NCBI GenBank assembly: GCA_032718475.1
Contig: JAUCBJ010008130.1
Location: 53,636-117,635, forward strand
Reading direction: 5' to 3'
DNA length: 64,000 nucleotides
DNA from: Nemertoderma westbladi
Taxonomy: Eukaryota > Animalia > Xenacoelomorpha
Shown here: in pieces, positions 24,054-35,700 of the stretch
Layout of the letters: each line of letters starts with the position of its first letter
Numbering within the stretch: position 1 is the first letter of the stretch
Program-made: the position numbers and the translations under genes
The notes under the pieces: generated by a model
The model's input: the letters and a program-made list of their open reading frames with translations, nothing else
Told to the model about the DNA's origin: nothing
The model's database searches: none

Positions 24054-25767
24054 TGACTGACTGACTGACTGACTGACTGACTGACTGACTGACTGGCTGG
24101 CTGACTGGCTAGCTGGCTGGCTGGCTGACTGACTGACTGACTGACTGACTGACTGACTGACTGACTGACTGACTGACTGACTGACTGACTGACTGACTGA
24201 CTGACTGACTGACTGACTGACTGACTGACTGACTGACTGACTGACTGACTGACTGACTGACTGACTGACTGACTGACTGACTGACTGACTGACTGACTGA
24301 CTGACTGACTGACTGACTGACTGACTGACTGACTGACTGACTGACTGACTGACTGACTGACTGACTGACTGACTGACTGACTGACTGACTGACTGACTGA
24401 CTGACTGACTGACTGACTGACTGACTGACTGACTGACTGACTGACTGACTGACTGACTGACTGACTGACTGACTGACTGACTGACTGACTGACTGACTGA
24501 CTGACTGACTGACTGACTGACTGACTGACTGACTGACTGACTGACTGACTGACTGACTGACTGACTGACTGACTGACTGACTGACTGACTGACTGACTGA
24601 CTGACTGACTGACTGACTGACTGACTGACTGACTGACTGACTGACTGACTGACTGACTGACTGACTGACTGACTGACTGACTGACTGACTGACTGACTGA
24701 CTGACTGACTGACTGACTGACTGACTGACTGACTGACTGACTGACTGACTGACTGACTGACTGACTGACTGACTGACTGACTGACTGACTGACTGACTGA
24801 CTGACTGACTGACTGACTGACTGACTGACTGACTGACTGACTGACTGACTGACTGACTGACTGACTGACTGACTGACTGACTGACTGACTGACTGACTGA
24901 CTGACTGACTGACTGACTGACTGACTGACTGACTGACTGACTGACTGACTGACTGACTGACTGACTGACTGACTGACTGACTGACTGACTGACTGACTGA
25001 CTGACTGACTGACTGACTGACTGACTGACTGACTGACTGACTGACTGACTGACTGACTGACTGACTGACTGACTGACTGACTGACTGACTGACTGACTGA
25101 CTGACTGACTGACTGACTGACTGACTGACTGACTGACTGACTGACTGACTGACTGACTGACTGACTGACTGACTGACTGACTGACTGACTGACTGACTGA
25201 CTGACTGACTGACTGACTGACTGACTGACTGACTGACTGACTGACTGACTGACTGACTGACTGACTGACTGACTGACTGACTGACTGACTGACTGACTGA
25301 CTGACTGACTGACTGACTGACTGACTGACTGACTGACTGACTGACTGACTGACTGACTGACTGACTGACTGACTGACTGACTGACTGACTGACTGACTGA
25401 CTGACTGACTGACTGACTGACTGACTGACTGACTGACTGACTGACTGACTGACTGACTGACTGACTGACTGACTGACTGACTGACTGACTGACTGACTGA
25501 CTGACTGACTGACTGACTGACTGACTGACTGACTGACTGACTGACTGACTGACTGACTGACTGACTGACTGACTGACTGACTGACTGACTGACTGACTGA
25601 CTGACTGACTGACTGACTGACTGACTGACTGACTGACTGACTGACTGACTGACTGACTGACTGACTGACTGACTGACTGACTGACTGACTGACTGACTGA
25701 CTGACTGACTGACTGACTGACTGACTGACTGACTGACTGACTGACTGACTGACTGACTGACTGACTG
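24054..25767. repeat. (GACT)n microsatellite, ~1.7 kb, nearly perfect
   Basis: Read directly; a few GGCT variants near 24095-24125. Confidence 0.98.
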
Positions 25768-27888
25768 ACCAATAAAGACACAAACTGCTCTATTTTCTAG
25801 ACGGGGCAATCAGGAGCGTATAATTACTAATGTAGGGTTCAGGTACAGAAACCCACTACTTACCGTTGGATGGCTCTAATCTGCCGTCCGCTAATATATT
25901 TTACTAAATTTCTACGACTCCTTCTAAATTCTCGTTCCTTTCTCTACCAATTGCTCGATAGAGAGCTAACTGTTCGAATATATGAGCCACGCGGGAATAA
26001 CCAAAACAATAAACCCGAATCGGCTCCCTAAGCTGACTTAAAACGAGTGTGAGAGATTTGACACTCAGAGTGTATTCTATAGCCTAATATTACTGTAAAA
26101 TTGCGCTTACAACTACGTCCTTTCTAATCGCATCTAATCGCAATACTGGGGTTCCCTAACGGAATGTGTGAATGTGAGAATATTTAAATAATCAAAAAAT
26201 TGATGCAGCGTTTATTTTGGGACTCAGCCTTATCTGCGGCTGGCTTTAGGCCAGCAATTTACTGATGCGCGCTGCGTACTGTATACTACGATGTGAATTT
26301 TGTCCGCTAATTCAAATAACTGCCCAGCGTGAATAGTGTACGGTACTCTAAATTTATTACCTAACTACCCTCCACTATGCAGCGTACAAATTCTTAATTT
26401 TACTAATTAATTTCAGTCACAAATATGTAACGGCGTACTAATTACTAAGTATTCCAGAATGCGTAATTCTAAATTATTACGCAACGGGTCACACTAGCAA
26501 CAGCCTAAAATACCGTATTATTTTCGACCTAATCAGAAATTAATTACAGTAAGCTAAGAAATAGAAATCAATCAAAGGGAAAGAGCACCTATCCAAGCAT
26601 TCGTGATTTATTAGGCACACTTTAGTAACGCACCAATCAGCATTCAAACAACAATCGCAATCTACAGTTTAGCTAGCAATTCACAACTCGCAACTCGCAA
26701 CTCGCAACGTAAAGGATGCAGATCTCTCCCGGCTACGTCTAGGCTTCCTAACTAACCCAATTCCCGTCCCCCTAATACTACAAAATAGAGACAAAACCTG
26801 GATCATCAGCCCCTAATTGCCGAGCCGGCGTACCTGACCCACTCTACGCTGCAACTTGCGCGCAATAGTAATCCCCCCAATGTTGCTTGTCTTTGAATCC
26901 TCCGCACTCCCGTCGTCGCTAACCCCCCGATGCGCCCGCCACGCTTACCGGTACCCTAGCCCTCCATCAGAATGAGTAGCTACCGTAGCGGCACATGCAA
27001 ATCACAAAGGTCTGACAGTCTGAGAAATCCCGTAGGATTATTGTCGAAAGAAATCACATAGAACCATTTACTAAAGGGTAGAAATCATAGTTCCAACTTG
27101 TAATTAACAGCGATCATTGAGATTGATTGAGAAACACAATAAGAATCAAACAGAAATTGCAAATTTACGAATCATTGCAAGAAATCAAAAAAGGGCAGTA
27201 ATTTACACAGAAAAACTAAGCATCGAATAATAGTTGAAGGTGAGCTGTGTGGGGTGTGGTGGATGACTAAGGATGTGTAAGCTGTGCAGACAATGGAAGT
27301 ACGCCAATTTATAGGTGATTTGAGAAGGGTGATGCAATCGATCTCTCATTGGCTCCCCAATCCGAGCTAACATTAGACCAGCCTGGAAGCAGTTAGGCCA
27401 ATAAGAGAGCCGGATTGTGGGCCTATAGCTCCCTGAAATCGTAAATTGCCACCATATAAGGTAATTTTCCCGATGCTTAATTTGGCGGTACTAATAATAT
27501 CATCCACAAATATAAATTTAGCGCAATTATAGAGAAATTAAAACCAATAGCTAGCCTCATCAAGGCTAATAACGGCAAGCCCAGATCCAGGGTCCAACAA
27601 GGACTTGCTACCCTGGAACTATCTACTTATATCCTATTACAAAACTACATAGGTAGGGCTACATACTATACAAAATGGATGAGTTCAAAATATATGGGCG
27701 TTTCAACTTCCTTATCTAAATATCATTGCGCATTATGCCTTATCTAAATAATTATACTGCATCACGGACTAATATATGATACTATATAATGAACTAATAT
27801 ATTATACTGTATAATGGACTAACATTATTATACTGTATAACGGACTAATATATTACGTAATGTAGGTACAGCGCCATATACCATAACA
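25768..27888 (-). repeat. 3' LTR of element B (2121 bp)
   Basis: Begins TGTTATGG on the minus strand after GGAGCGG; ~17 substitutions and 3 indels versus the 5' LTR. Confidence 0.92.
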
Positions 27889-28394
27889 CCGCTCCAAGGG
27901 AAATCATGCAATGTTTCCCTCCAATTGTAGAAGAGTGTAAGGCGATGTATACAAAATAAAATAAATCTCCTTCAAATAATCTAAATGTCTTGATACTATA
28001 CTATTTACAAATATTGCCATAGATATTGCATAATGAATTGCATACAAATTAAATTTACAAAACATTATCTCTCTCTCAATGTTAACGATTATTACATACA
28101 AATTAAATTTACAAAAATACTGTTTCTCATTCGTTCTACATAATGATTACTACATACAAATTAAATTTACAAAAATACTTTCAAATTATAAAATTTTGCT
28201 AGAGTAGGTGAAAGGAGTAAGCCAAACCCGCAGGTTTGTCTCCCCAATCACCTCCTTCGCCTCTCTCATAATATAAATCCAAATCAGTGCGACTAGTGTA
28301 TATGAGTCAAGTCGGATATTTACAAATGCTACAATATACATCAGAGCGACGATGATGTATATATCTAGAGTCTGTCGCCCCGTGATACGATGCA

Positions 28395-29003
28395 TTACTG
28401 ACCCGCTCCTGGGTTCTTCGGGCTCGCTCCTCTCTTTCGCCCCCTACCCAGATACACCAATCGTCCTCCAGTTGACTCCGTTGACGTGGTCCGTGAGGCG
28501 TCACTCCCCGGAACCGGCGACGATGTTCCCTGAGCTCCGACAGATACCCGGCTCGTGCTTCGTCCTCGGCCTCGTCCCAATGGTCGTGCTCCTGTGGTCG
28601 CTTCCGCTAACTCTTCCTTCTGCAATTGCATGCGCGCCTTCTCCGACGCACCCTGCGCCTTGCGTTGCAATCTCTGTGCCTCTATAATCGAGTGATAGTG
28701 GTCGTCCTTGACTTGACGCTTGTCTTGGACCTCTCCTCCTGGTTCCTTCCGTGAGCCTTGAGCTCCAACGGTCGTCGTTGTGGGCGCTGCGGTTCGCTGT
28801 TCCTCGATCCTCTTAGCGGTCAATGACCCCACTGGTACGTGAGTCAACAGGAATTCGTTGCGGTATTGAATAGCCGCCATCCTCCAATCTCCTCGCGCGC
28901 GCACCACTTTCCTAGTTTCCGAAAACAAACCCTTTGTAATACGGTCGCAAATAGCAACAAAGTTCCAAGTGTACTTGTTGTCCATATTTAGTTGTCTGAA
29001 GTA
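28395..29003 (-). CDS. In-frame continuation of the accessory ORF after a single TAA (basic, RG-rich tail)
   Basis: TAA at 29006-29004 is followed by six sense codons, then the 196-aa ORF in the same frame. Confidence 0.55.
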   Translation of the reverse strand, partial: YFRQLNMDNKYTWNFVAICDRITKGLFSETRKVVRARGDWRMAAIQYRNEFLLTHVPVGSLTAKRIEEQRTAAPTTTTVGAQGSRKEPGGEVQDKRQVKDDHYHSIIEAQRLQRKAQGASEKARMQLQKEELAEATTGARPLGRGRGRSTSRVSVGAQGTSSPVPGSDASRTTSTESTGGRLVYLGRGRKRGASPKNPGAGQ

Positions 29004-32000
29004 TTACCGAACGACTATGACTCCAGTGTTCTGTGGAAGGTCTTGAGCGGTTAGGATGAGCTCCTGATATTGTGGTAGCGACTGTAGATATGGCTCGTAC
29101 GCAACATGTGATGGGTCTACCGCCCAAAATCCATATCCCGCCTTAAATGGTAACCAACGCATCTGCGCTTGAATGTGGTAGTCAGCCACACTCTCCCACT
29201 TATCTAGCATCTCCCGAAGTAGGTTAGCGCTATGGTTCTGGAAGGAATCGTCTCGCAGTTGGCATCTCGCGCTACGATGTCCCTTTACTCCACAATATCC
29301 ACATTGAGAAATGAAAACGGTGCACGTATGAAACGAATGGTCGGTCTCATTGCACCAACGGCAGACCTTATGCGCCGCCTCCACTACCGCGTCGCACGAT
29401 TTTTGATTGTGCCTTGTGCTGCCGCACAACTTGCACCTACGCGCTTGTGGAAACCAGGCCCTCTCGTATATGAGGTCTCCAATCGGTTTCGCACTTCCTT
29501 CTTTCCCAATGTCTAATACGATGTCGTCCTCTCCGGTCAGCGGTTGTCGATCCGGAACGAAGTAAACATCCTCGCCCTTGTCCTCTATCTCCAATATTTC
29601 CTCCCGCGTTCGTTTCGGATATGTCTTCTCCACCGGAAGATCTACTCCAAACACCTCTACTAACGTCTCCGGCCAACCCTCTCTAACAGGTCTATCAGCC
29701 TCCGAGTGGAAGGGAGTACCAAACCCGCGGGTTTGATTCCCGAACCACTTCTCCAAAGCTTCTGGCATCGGATACTCCATCGACGGTCGGTCTCCCAAAT
29801 CTCCGATATTCTGTCGATATATCCCTTCGAATATTGCTAATCCTCTCCTAACCAACGATGTATTCTCTAGCGATTGGTTGAAGAACGGGGTTAAGAAACG
29901 CTTCATCACGTCGGATTGGATTCCCCCTTTCGAGCGAACGTATTGATCTCCTCCGAACACCAATGGATGACGCTTCAAAACTCGCGCAACGATATCCGCT
30001 AATAAACAAGTTACCGTGTTCGACTCAAGCACCAAATAATATTGTAGTGACGCACGGGGTGGCGCGCATATGTTCCAATACACTAACGCTTGCCGCTTGA
30101 AGTGGGATTTGAACTCCACTCCCGGTGGCGTGTTATATTCACCATACGCCTCCTTGTATTTCTTCTGCGTCTTCAACTTGAAGTCCCAATTATACAATAA
30201 ATGTGCTATGAAGCCCATACCAGTCTTGGCAGAGTTGGGATACTCCCTATAAATTCCCATGTTTTGTGCCCATAGCAACAATAGCTTGGTGTCGACAAAC
30301 GGTCTCGGCAATCTATCTTCTAAATCAGTCATGGCGTTGAAGTCACTCTCCAAATCACTCTGGACTCCCGATCCCACCTTGACGTAATCTTGGCTAAGAA
30401 TCGCCTCTCTAACCTTCTTGGGTAGCATCCTGGCGTCGATACGCTCCGCTCCGTGCATACCTCCTCGCCTGCATACCTCCAAAATCTGTTCCCTAGGATC
30501 CTTCCCCTTCCGATATTGTGTCGTGATTATGGGCTCCAGTCTCTCTCTATCCGCTCTTACGCGCATAAACACATGAGTCACACCATCGGCCGCGCGAATT
30601 TGAATGCACTTACTAGTCAAGCATTCCTGATGAGACCCTCCTTCATCCTCGTCGGATGGGGTCCACATGCGCTCGATAGCCTTGTGGTCGTCATATCGGG
30701 TGTAAGATCCCTTTCTCCTCAGCCACGCCTGGTCTACCTCCTCGTCATCTGGGAATGTAGCCACTGCGACCCATACCTTGATGTACTTGTCTAACCATCC
30801 AAATAACTTGCTCTCTTTTCCCGGAGCTCCAATCTTGTCCAAAGTGTCGTAGTCTGTGATCTGTATCGGGACATCACGCAAGAACTTCACGCATAAAACT
30901 TCCCGTAGACAGTCGACGTTCCAATGATCCGACATCCTCACCATCGGCAAGAATCTAATCGCTTCTCGCGACTCCGGGTGATCTACCAATATTGCAGGTT
31001 CGCTACCGTCGGAATAATACACCGGTCGGGGTTGAGATACGGCCTGTGGAACAAATCCGGTCACTCTCCTCGTCTCCTCTTGATGTCTATCCGCGGTCTT
31101 ATTATATTCCGCTATCCGCGCTTCGAATAATTGTTTCGCTTTCGCCGCTCGCTCCTCCTGCCGCAACGCGTCTATGTCGTCCTGATGCTCAGGCGTGAGA
31201 GCTCTTGCTCGGTGAGGCGAAGTAAACGTAGTCCAGGGACTCGAGAGCTCCAAACCCGCAGGTTTGGTACCCGAGTCGCGTGCTGCTTCGCGCCGCGCCT
31301 CTAGGTCCTTGTAGGCTCGGTACAGCGAAATGGCCGCTGCTGTCTCTATCAAACTGGGTGTCGAACAGGGTTTAATCTCCGTATACGGATCTAAAGTCGT
31401 AACGGTCGGCGTAACGGGTCTTGGAGGTTGCTTTCCGCTGAAGTCGATACTGATCATCGGGTTGCTCATTGGGTAACCTCCCTCGTTATATCTAAGGAAC
31501 TGGTGAGCTTGGCATCGCGTTAATATCGGTTCGGGATGTTGCTCGTCCAATCGGTCGGGAATCGCCATGTCTTGTTTGTTCATGCATTCTCCACATTTGT
31601 AGAACAACTTGTATACACTGAAGACCTTCGACGTCTCTTGATTCTCGCCTCGAGTCCTCCGATACAGATGCATTCCGTCGAACTGATCTCGGACTGCAGG
31701 TAGCGGCTCTTCGTGTCGTAAATACATATTCATGTGGTACAGCCGCGCAATCTCCCCATCCGGGTCTGCGCTAATGTCGCACACGTCTAACGCGAAATCG
31801 TAGGGATACCGAGTGCGATACTCTTTCCGCAAAACTTCCATACGGTCCCCCAACGCTCTCATTCTTTCCCTCCTTAACTCTTTATCATAAGCAGGTTTAT
31901 ATTTCCCATTTAGCTCCATCACCGACCTCCCGTGGTAGTACACATTCGAATCCTTGCCTCCTGGTCGGGCAAATGGCAGCTCCGCCTCCTCTCTGGCAGT

Positions 32001-32039
32001 AAATCCTCTCCGCAGTTGCGCTCTAATTTCCTTCTCCAT
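29004..32039 (-). CDS. Accessory ORF of element B: DEDD (WRN/Mut-7/EXD-like) 3'-5' exonuclease-like domain plus three CCHC zinc knuckles
   Basis: CIQIRA..LPKKVREAILSQDYVKVGSGVQSD..FVDT..GMGFIAHLL..K..W..LQYYLVLE; CKLCGSTRHNQKSC, CRWCNETDHSFHTC, CGYCGVKGHRSARC. Confidence 0.8.
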   Translation of the reverse strand: MEKEIRAQLRRGFTAREEAELPFARPGGKDSNVYYHGRSVMELNGKYKPAYDKELRRERMRALGDRMEVLRKEYRTRYPYDFALDVCDISADPDGEIARLYHMNMYLRHEEPLPAVRDQFDGMHLYRRTRGENQETSKVFSVYKLFYKCGECMNKQDMAIPDRLDEQHPEPILTRCQAHQFLRYNEGGYPMSNPMISIDFSGKQPPRPVTPTVTTLDPYTEIKPCSTPSLIETAAAISLYRAYKDLEARREAARDSGTKPAGLELSSPWTTFTSPHRARALTPEHQDDIDALRQEERAAKAKQLFEARIAEYNKTADRHQEETRRVTGFVPQAVSQPRPVYYSDGSEPAILVDHPESREAIRFLPMVRMSDHWNVDCLREVLCVKFLRDVPIQITDYDTLDKIGAPGKESKLFGWLDKYIKVWVAVATFPDDEEVDQAWLRRKGSYTRYDDHKAIERMWTPSDEDEGGSHQECLTSKCIQIRAADGVTHVFMRVRADRERLEPIITTQYRKGKDPREQILEVCRRGGMHGAERIDARMLPKKVREAILSQDYVKVGSGVQSDLESDFNAMTDLEDRLPRPFVDTKLLLLWAQNMGIYREYPNSAKTGMGFIAHLLYNWDFKLKTQKKYKEAYGEYNTPPGVEFKSHFKRQALVYWNICAPPRASLQYYLVLESNTVTCLLADIVARVLKRHPLVFGGDQYVRSKGGIQSDVMKRFLTPFFNQSLENTSLVRRGLAIFEGIYRQNIGDLGDRPSMEYPMPEALEKWFGNQTRGFGTPFHSEADRPVREGWPETLVEVFGVDLPVEKTYPKRTREEILEIEDKGEDVYFVPDRQPLTGEDDIVLDIGKEGSAKPIGDLIYERAWFPQARRCKLCGSTRHNQKSCDAVVEAAHKVCRWCNETDHSFHTCTVFISQCGYCGVKGHRSARCQLRDDSFQNHSANLLREMLDKWESVADYHIQAQMRWLPFKAGYGFWAVDPSHVAYEPYLQSLPQYQELILTAQDLPQNTGVIVVR

Positions 32040-32795
32040 TATTAGCCACGTATATACATATATATCCCAATAAGGTTCCGTTACGTAACTAATTACACTG
32101 TGGGTAAATCAGTTAGATGTCGCCGAAGGACAGACCTCTTGAGCCCCCCCCCCCCCGCCTTACAGCAGTTCAGGTTCGACTCTCTAGATCCCGTCTCATT
32201 CCTAACTATCCTCTAACCTATTCCCATGCATAGCGCAAAACTTTGGAGGTAAACTGGCCGTGACCAACTCACTTTTTGATGCCCAAACTACTCCCATTAC
32301 TTGTACTAAACTACAGTAGTTAGAAAGGACCATAATCTCAATGCTCGACTATACCAAACCCACAGGTTTGATAATCGAACATCACACTTCACTGCAAACT
32401 ACTGAGTGGGGTCCGCTACGCCCTGGTGCTACTAACCTTTAGCACCTTAGTTGTACTGCTGGCACCAATCTGTGGAAGTTGCTAAACTCAATTTACACTC
32501 CTACGTAATATAGCCGTCACCATGGTTTCTAAATGCTATTTTCCAGGCTTCACGACTTTTCAAATTACTGTTTATCTATAGACGGATTCTAAAACACGTC
32601 TATACACAGCGTCTGGAATTGTCTTGGGTTCACTTCTAATTTTTTAAAATTTTTTAATTTTCCAAAATTTTTGAAATAAAATTTTTGTTTTGATACCCAC
32701 CAGACAAAACTCAACGCAATCACCACAAGCCCGCTCCTATGCATTTCCTTGTATTTGCATACGAGGAATGCATACGAAGTGAGTTGCGTCCAACA

Positions 32796-35700
32796 CTAAT
32801 TTTGTTTTGAGGCAGGAGATAAATTATAATCTCCTGTCTCGATGCGTGTCTCTTTTAATAACACGATATCTTGGACCGGTCGGTCCAAGGTGTGTAAACC
32901 ATTAGTTTTACACTTCTTTGGGTGCGGACACTTGCACCTAATTTTCACAGTGACTGTGCGCACTATGTTTTGCACGTCTGGGTGTATATGCAAGATAACT
33001 CCCGTCTCCCAGTATTTTCTCTTGACAATCGGTTCGGTTATCAATACGTAATCTCCCCTTTGGAGACTCCGAACCGTTTTGTACCACTTTGTTCTGGTAG
33101 ATATGGTGGGAAGATAGTATTCCCGCCAATATTCCCAGAATGTGTACGCTACGAATTGTGTCACTTTCCAGCTCTTACGACTATATAGGTCGGCACTAAT
33201 GGGTTCTGATGCCGGCACAAGAAATGCTGGACTCTGCATTAGCAAATGATTCGGCGTTAATGCAACACCGTCTGGCAACATAGCTATCGGCCTTGAGTTT
33301 AATGTATGCTCGATTTCGATGAAAGCTGAGACCAGTTCGTCATCGGTAAGTTGTTTGTTCACAGGCAATGTTTTGGCAATGGCCTGCTTTACAGAGCGAA
33401 CTAAACGCTCCCAACTTCCTCCTCTCCAAGGACTTTCTGGAGTATTGAATCTCCACTCTACTCTTTGCGGCAAAAGTGCTGCAGAAATTTCTTTATTCTG
33501 TGCCGCTTTATGAGCCGCGTTCAACTCGCTATTCCCTCCGACAAAGTTTGTACCCTTATCGGAGTAGAACGCCTTTACTAGTCCTCTCCTGGCCATAAAT
33601 CTCTTTAAGGCCAGGAGCAGAGATTTGGTCGACATGTCTGCCACACGCTCGATGTGTATGGCTCTACTAGCCATGCATGTCAGTAGCAGACCCCATCGCT
33701 TGTGGGTCAGCCGTCCACTCTTTGCCTCAATCGGACCAAAACAGTCCACCCCTGTGTTCGTAAAGGGTGGGTCATATGCCTGCACTCTCACTTCCGGGAG
33801 TTCAGCCATCTCCTGTTCCAATACTCTGGCGTTCACCCTCTTGCAAACCAGACAGGCGTCATACATAGTGCCTACTGCCCTGCTTGGCTGCAATAGAGTG
33901 AATCGCTGTCTCGCTGCCGACAAACAGTGTAACTTTCCCGCGTGATGCAACCTCTTGTGTATATCCCATAGAATCGCTCTTTGCAATTCTATTGGGTGAC
34001 TAGGGATTATCACTGGGAACCTAAACTGTGAATTTATGTCAACAGTCTGGATTCTCGATCTATGACAAATAAACCCTTATGGATTAATGGACTCCATTTT
34101 CTAAGGGGTTTATAGAGAACTGGTCGTTGAGCCGATAATAGATAGAATTCTTTTGGGAAGGCACACATTTGATAATGCTTCAAATGCTTTAATTCCGCTT
34201 GATCAATCTCATCCTCTGTCAGAGGTTGTTTCAATTTCCGAATTTTCTCACTATTAGTGCTCATTTGTTCTCCTAAATGTTCCGAATGTTTTAAACAAAG
34301 GTACGAAATGTATCGGCTTAACCACGCAGTTCTTTTACAAATTGTCAGCCAAGAGGCAGACGAATTTAGTAATTTGTCATAAATACTACATGGCTCTAAT
34401 GCCAGCAACGGTTGTCCGCTAACTATTGGAAGTTTCGAATCCAAACCCGCAGGTTTGGAAACCAAAGGCTCCATTTTGTCGGTCATTTTCTGTCCGTCAC
34501 TTACCAACTGTGACTCCGGTTTAGTCTGTAAGGGTGGTTTTATGTCATAACTTACCCTTCCTGACCTAGTAGTCACGTAAGTCTGTAGGTCTGACAGGTC
34601 TCCGGGCCGCTCCAATGACTCTTCAGGCCGCTCCAATGACTCTTCAGGCCGCTCCAATGACTTAAGTTTGGCTTTAGACTTCGACTTAGAGACTTTCTCC
34701 ACCTTGACTTCTGCATCTTCAGGCATCGGATTGGTCACTATCTTTAGTCGCTCTGGCCAATGTTCCTGTGTCCTTGTTAGAAAATCAGGTCCATGCAACC
34801 AAAACTCCTGCGACTCTTCCTGACAGAATTCCGCCGGCATTGCACCTCTCGAAGTTATGTCGGCCGGGTTCAACACTCCCGGACAATGTCTCCATTGTTC
34901 ATTCGTCGAAAAGTCGACGATCTGAGCGCGTCTGTTGGCCACAAATGTCTTTAGTGCAATATTGTCGGCCGCAATGTATACTAACACTAAGGATACGTCC
35001 GTCCAATAGAATAAGGTCAATGTCGTGTCTAATTCCTCTGTTATTTGCTTACTTACCTCGACTGAAACTACAGCCGCCTGTAACTCTGCACGAGGGACAG
35101 TTATGTATTTGACCGGCATTGTCTTTGATCTAGAAGTCACAAAAGCCATCTCAAACTTGTCCTGACTCAACTCTCGGCGAAGGTAGGCTACCATACCAAA
35201 GCCGGTGTGACTTGCGTCACTAAATAAATGGAGTTCGAGATGAGCTGGGAATACCAGCTGATTCGGAAAGTAGGAACGGGGTACATCTATATTTTTCAAT
35301 AGATGTAACTCGGCTTCCCACTCTCTCCACTGCTTTGCATGTATAGGAGATATTGGTTCGTCCCACTCTAGGTCGGACAACCAAATTTTCCTCATGCACG
35401 CTCGTGCCTGTAATATTACCGGACTGATAAAGTTCATTGGGTCAAATAGTCTACTTAACATCGATAAGCAAATTCTCTTTGTCAAAACTTTGTCTGGGCT
35501 ACTGGGCTCAAATCTAACTCTTACCTGAAATTTATCCGTGTTCGGATTCCAAGCGAGTCCCAGTACTCGCGCCAAGGGGATGGGTTCGCTAATAGGGCCT
35601 CCGAATTCGTAGTGAACTTGGTCAGAGGGAAACCCCCTGTAGCCAAGCACTCCTGCAGGCCGTGAGCCACTTCTATGGCTTGTTCCGCTGTGTCCTTGGA

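Noticed and set aside
23916-25809. Long SQSV-repeat ORFs (also 44943-45797 and the GRSV/TDRP ORFs at 58480-59568)
   Set aside because: Artefacts of stop-free microsatellite frames
34600-34662. 21-bp triple repeat (LERPEES) in B pol, and a 24-bp duplication at ~1900-1947 in A
   Set aside because: Ordinary in-frame slippage in disordered linkers; not CRISPR-like (no spacers)
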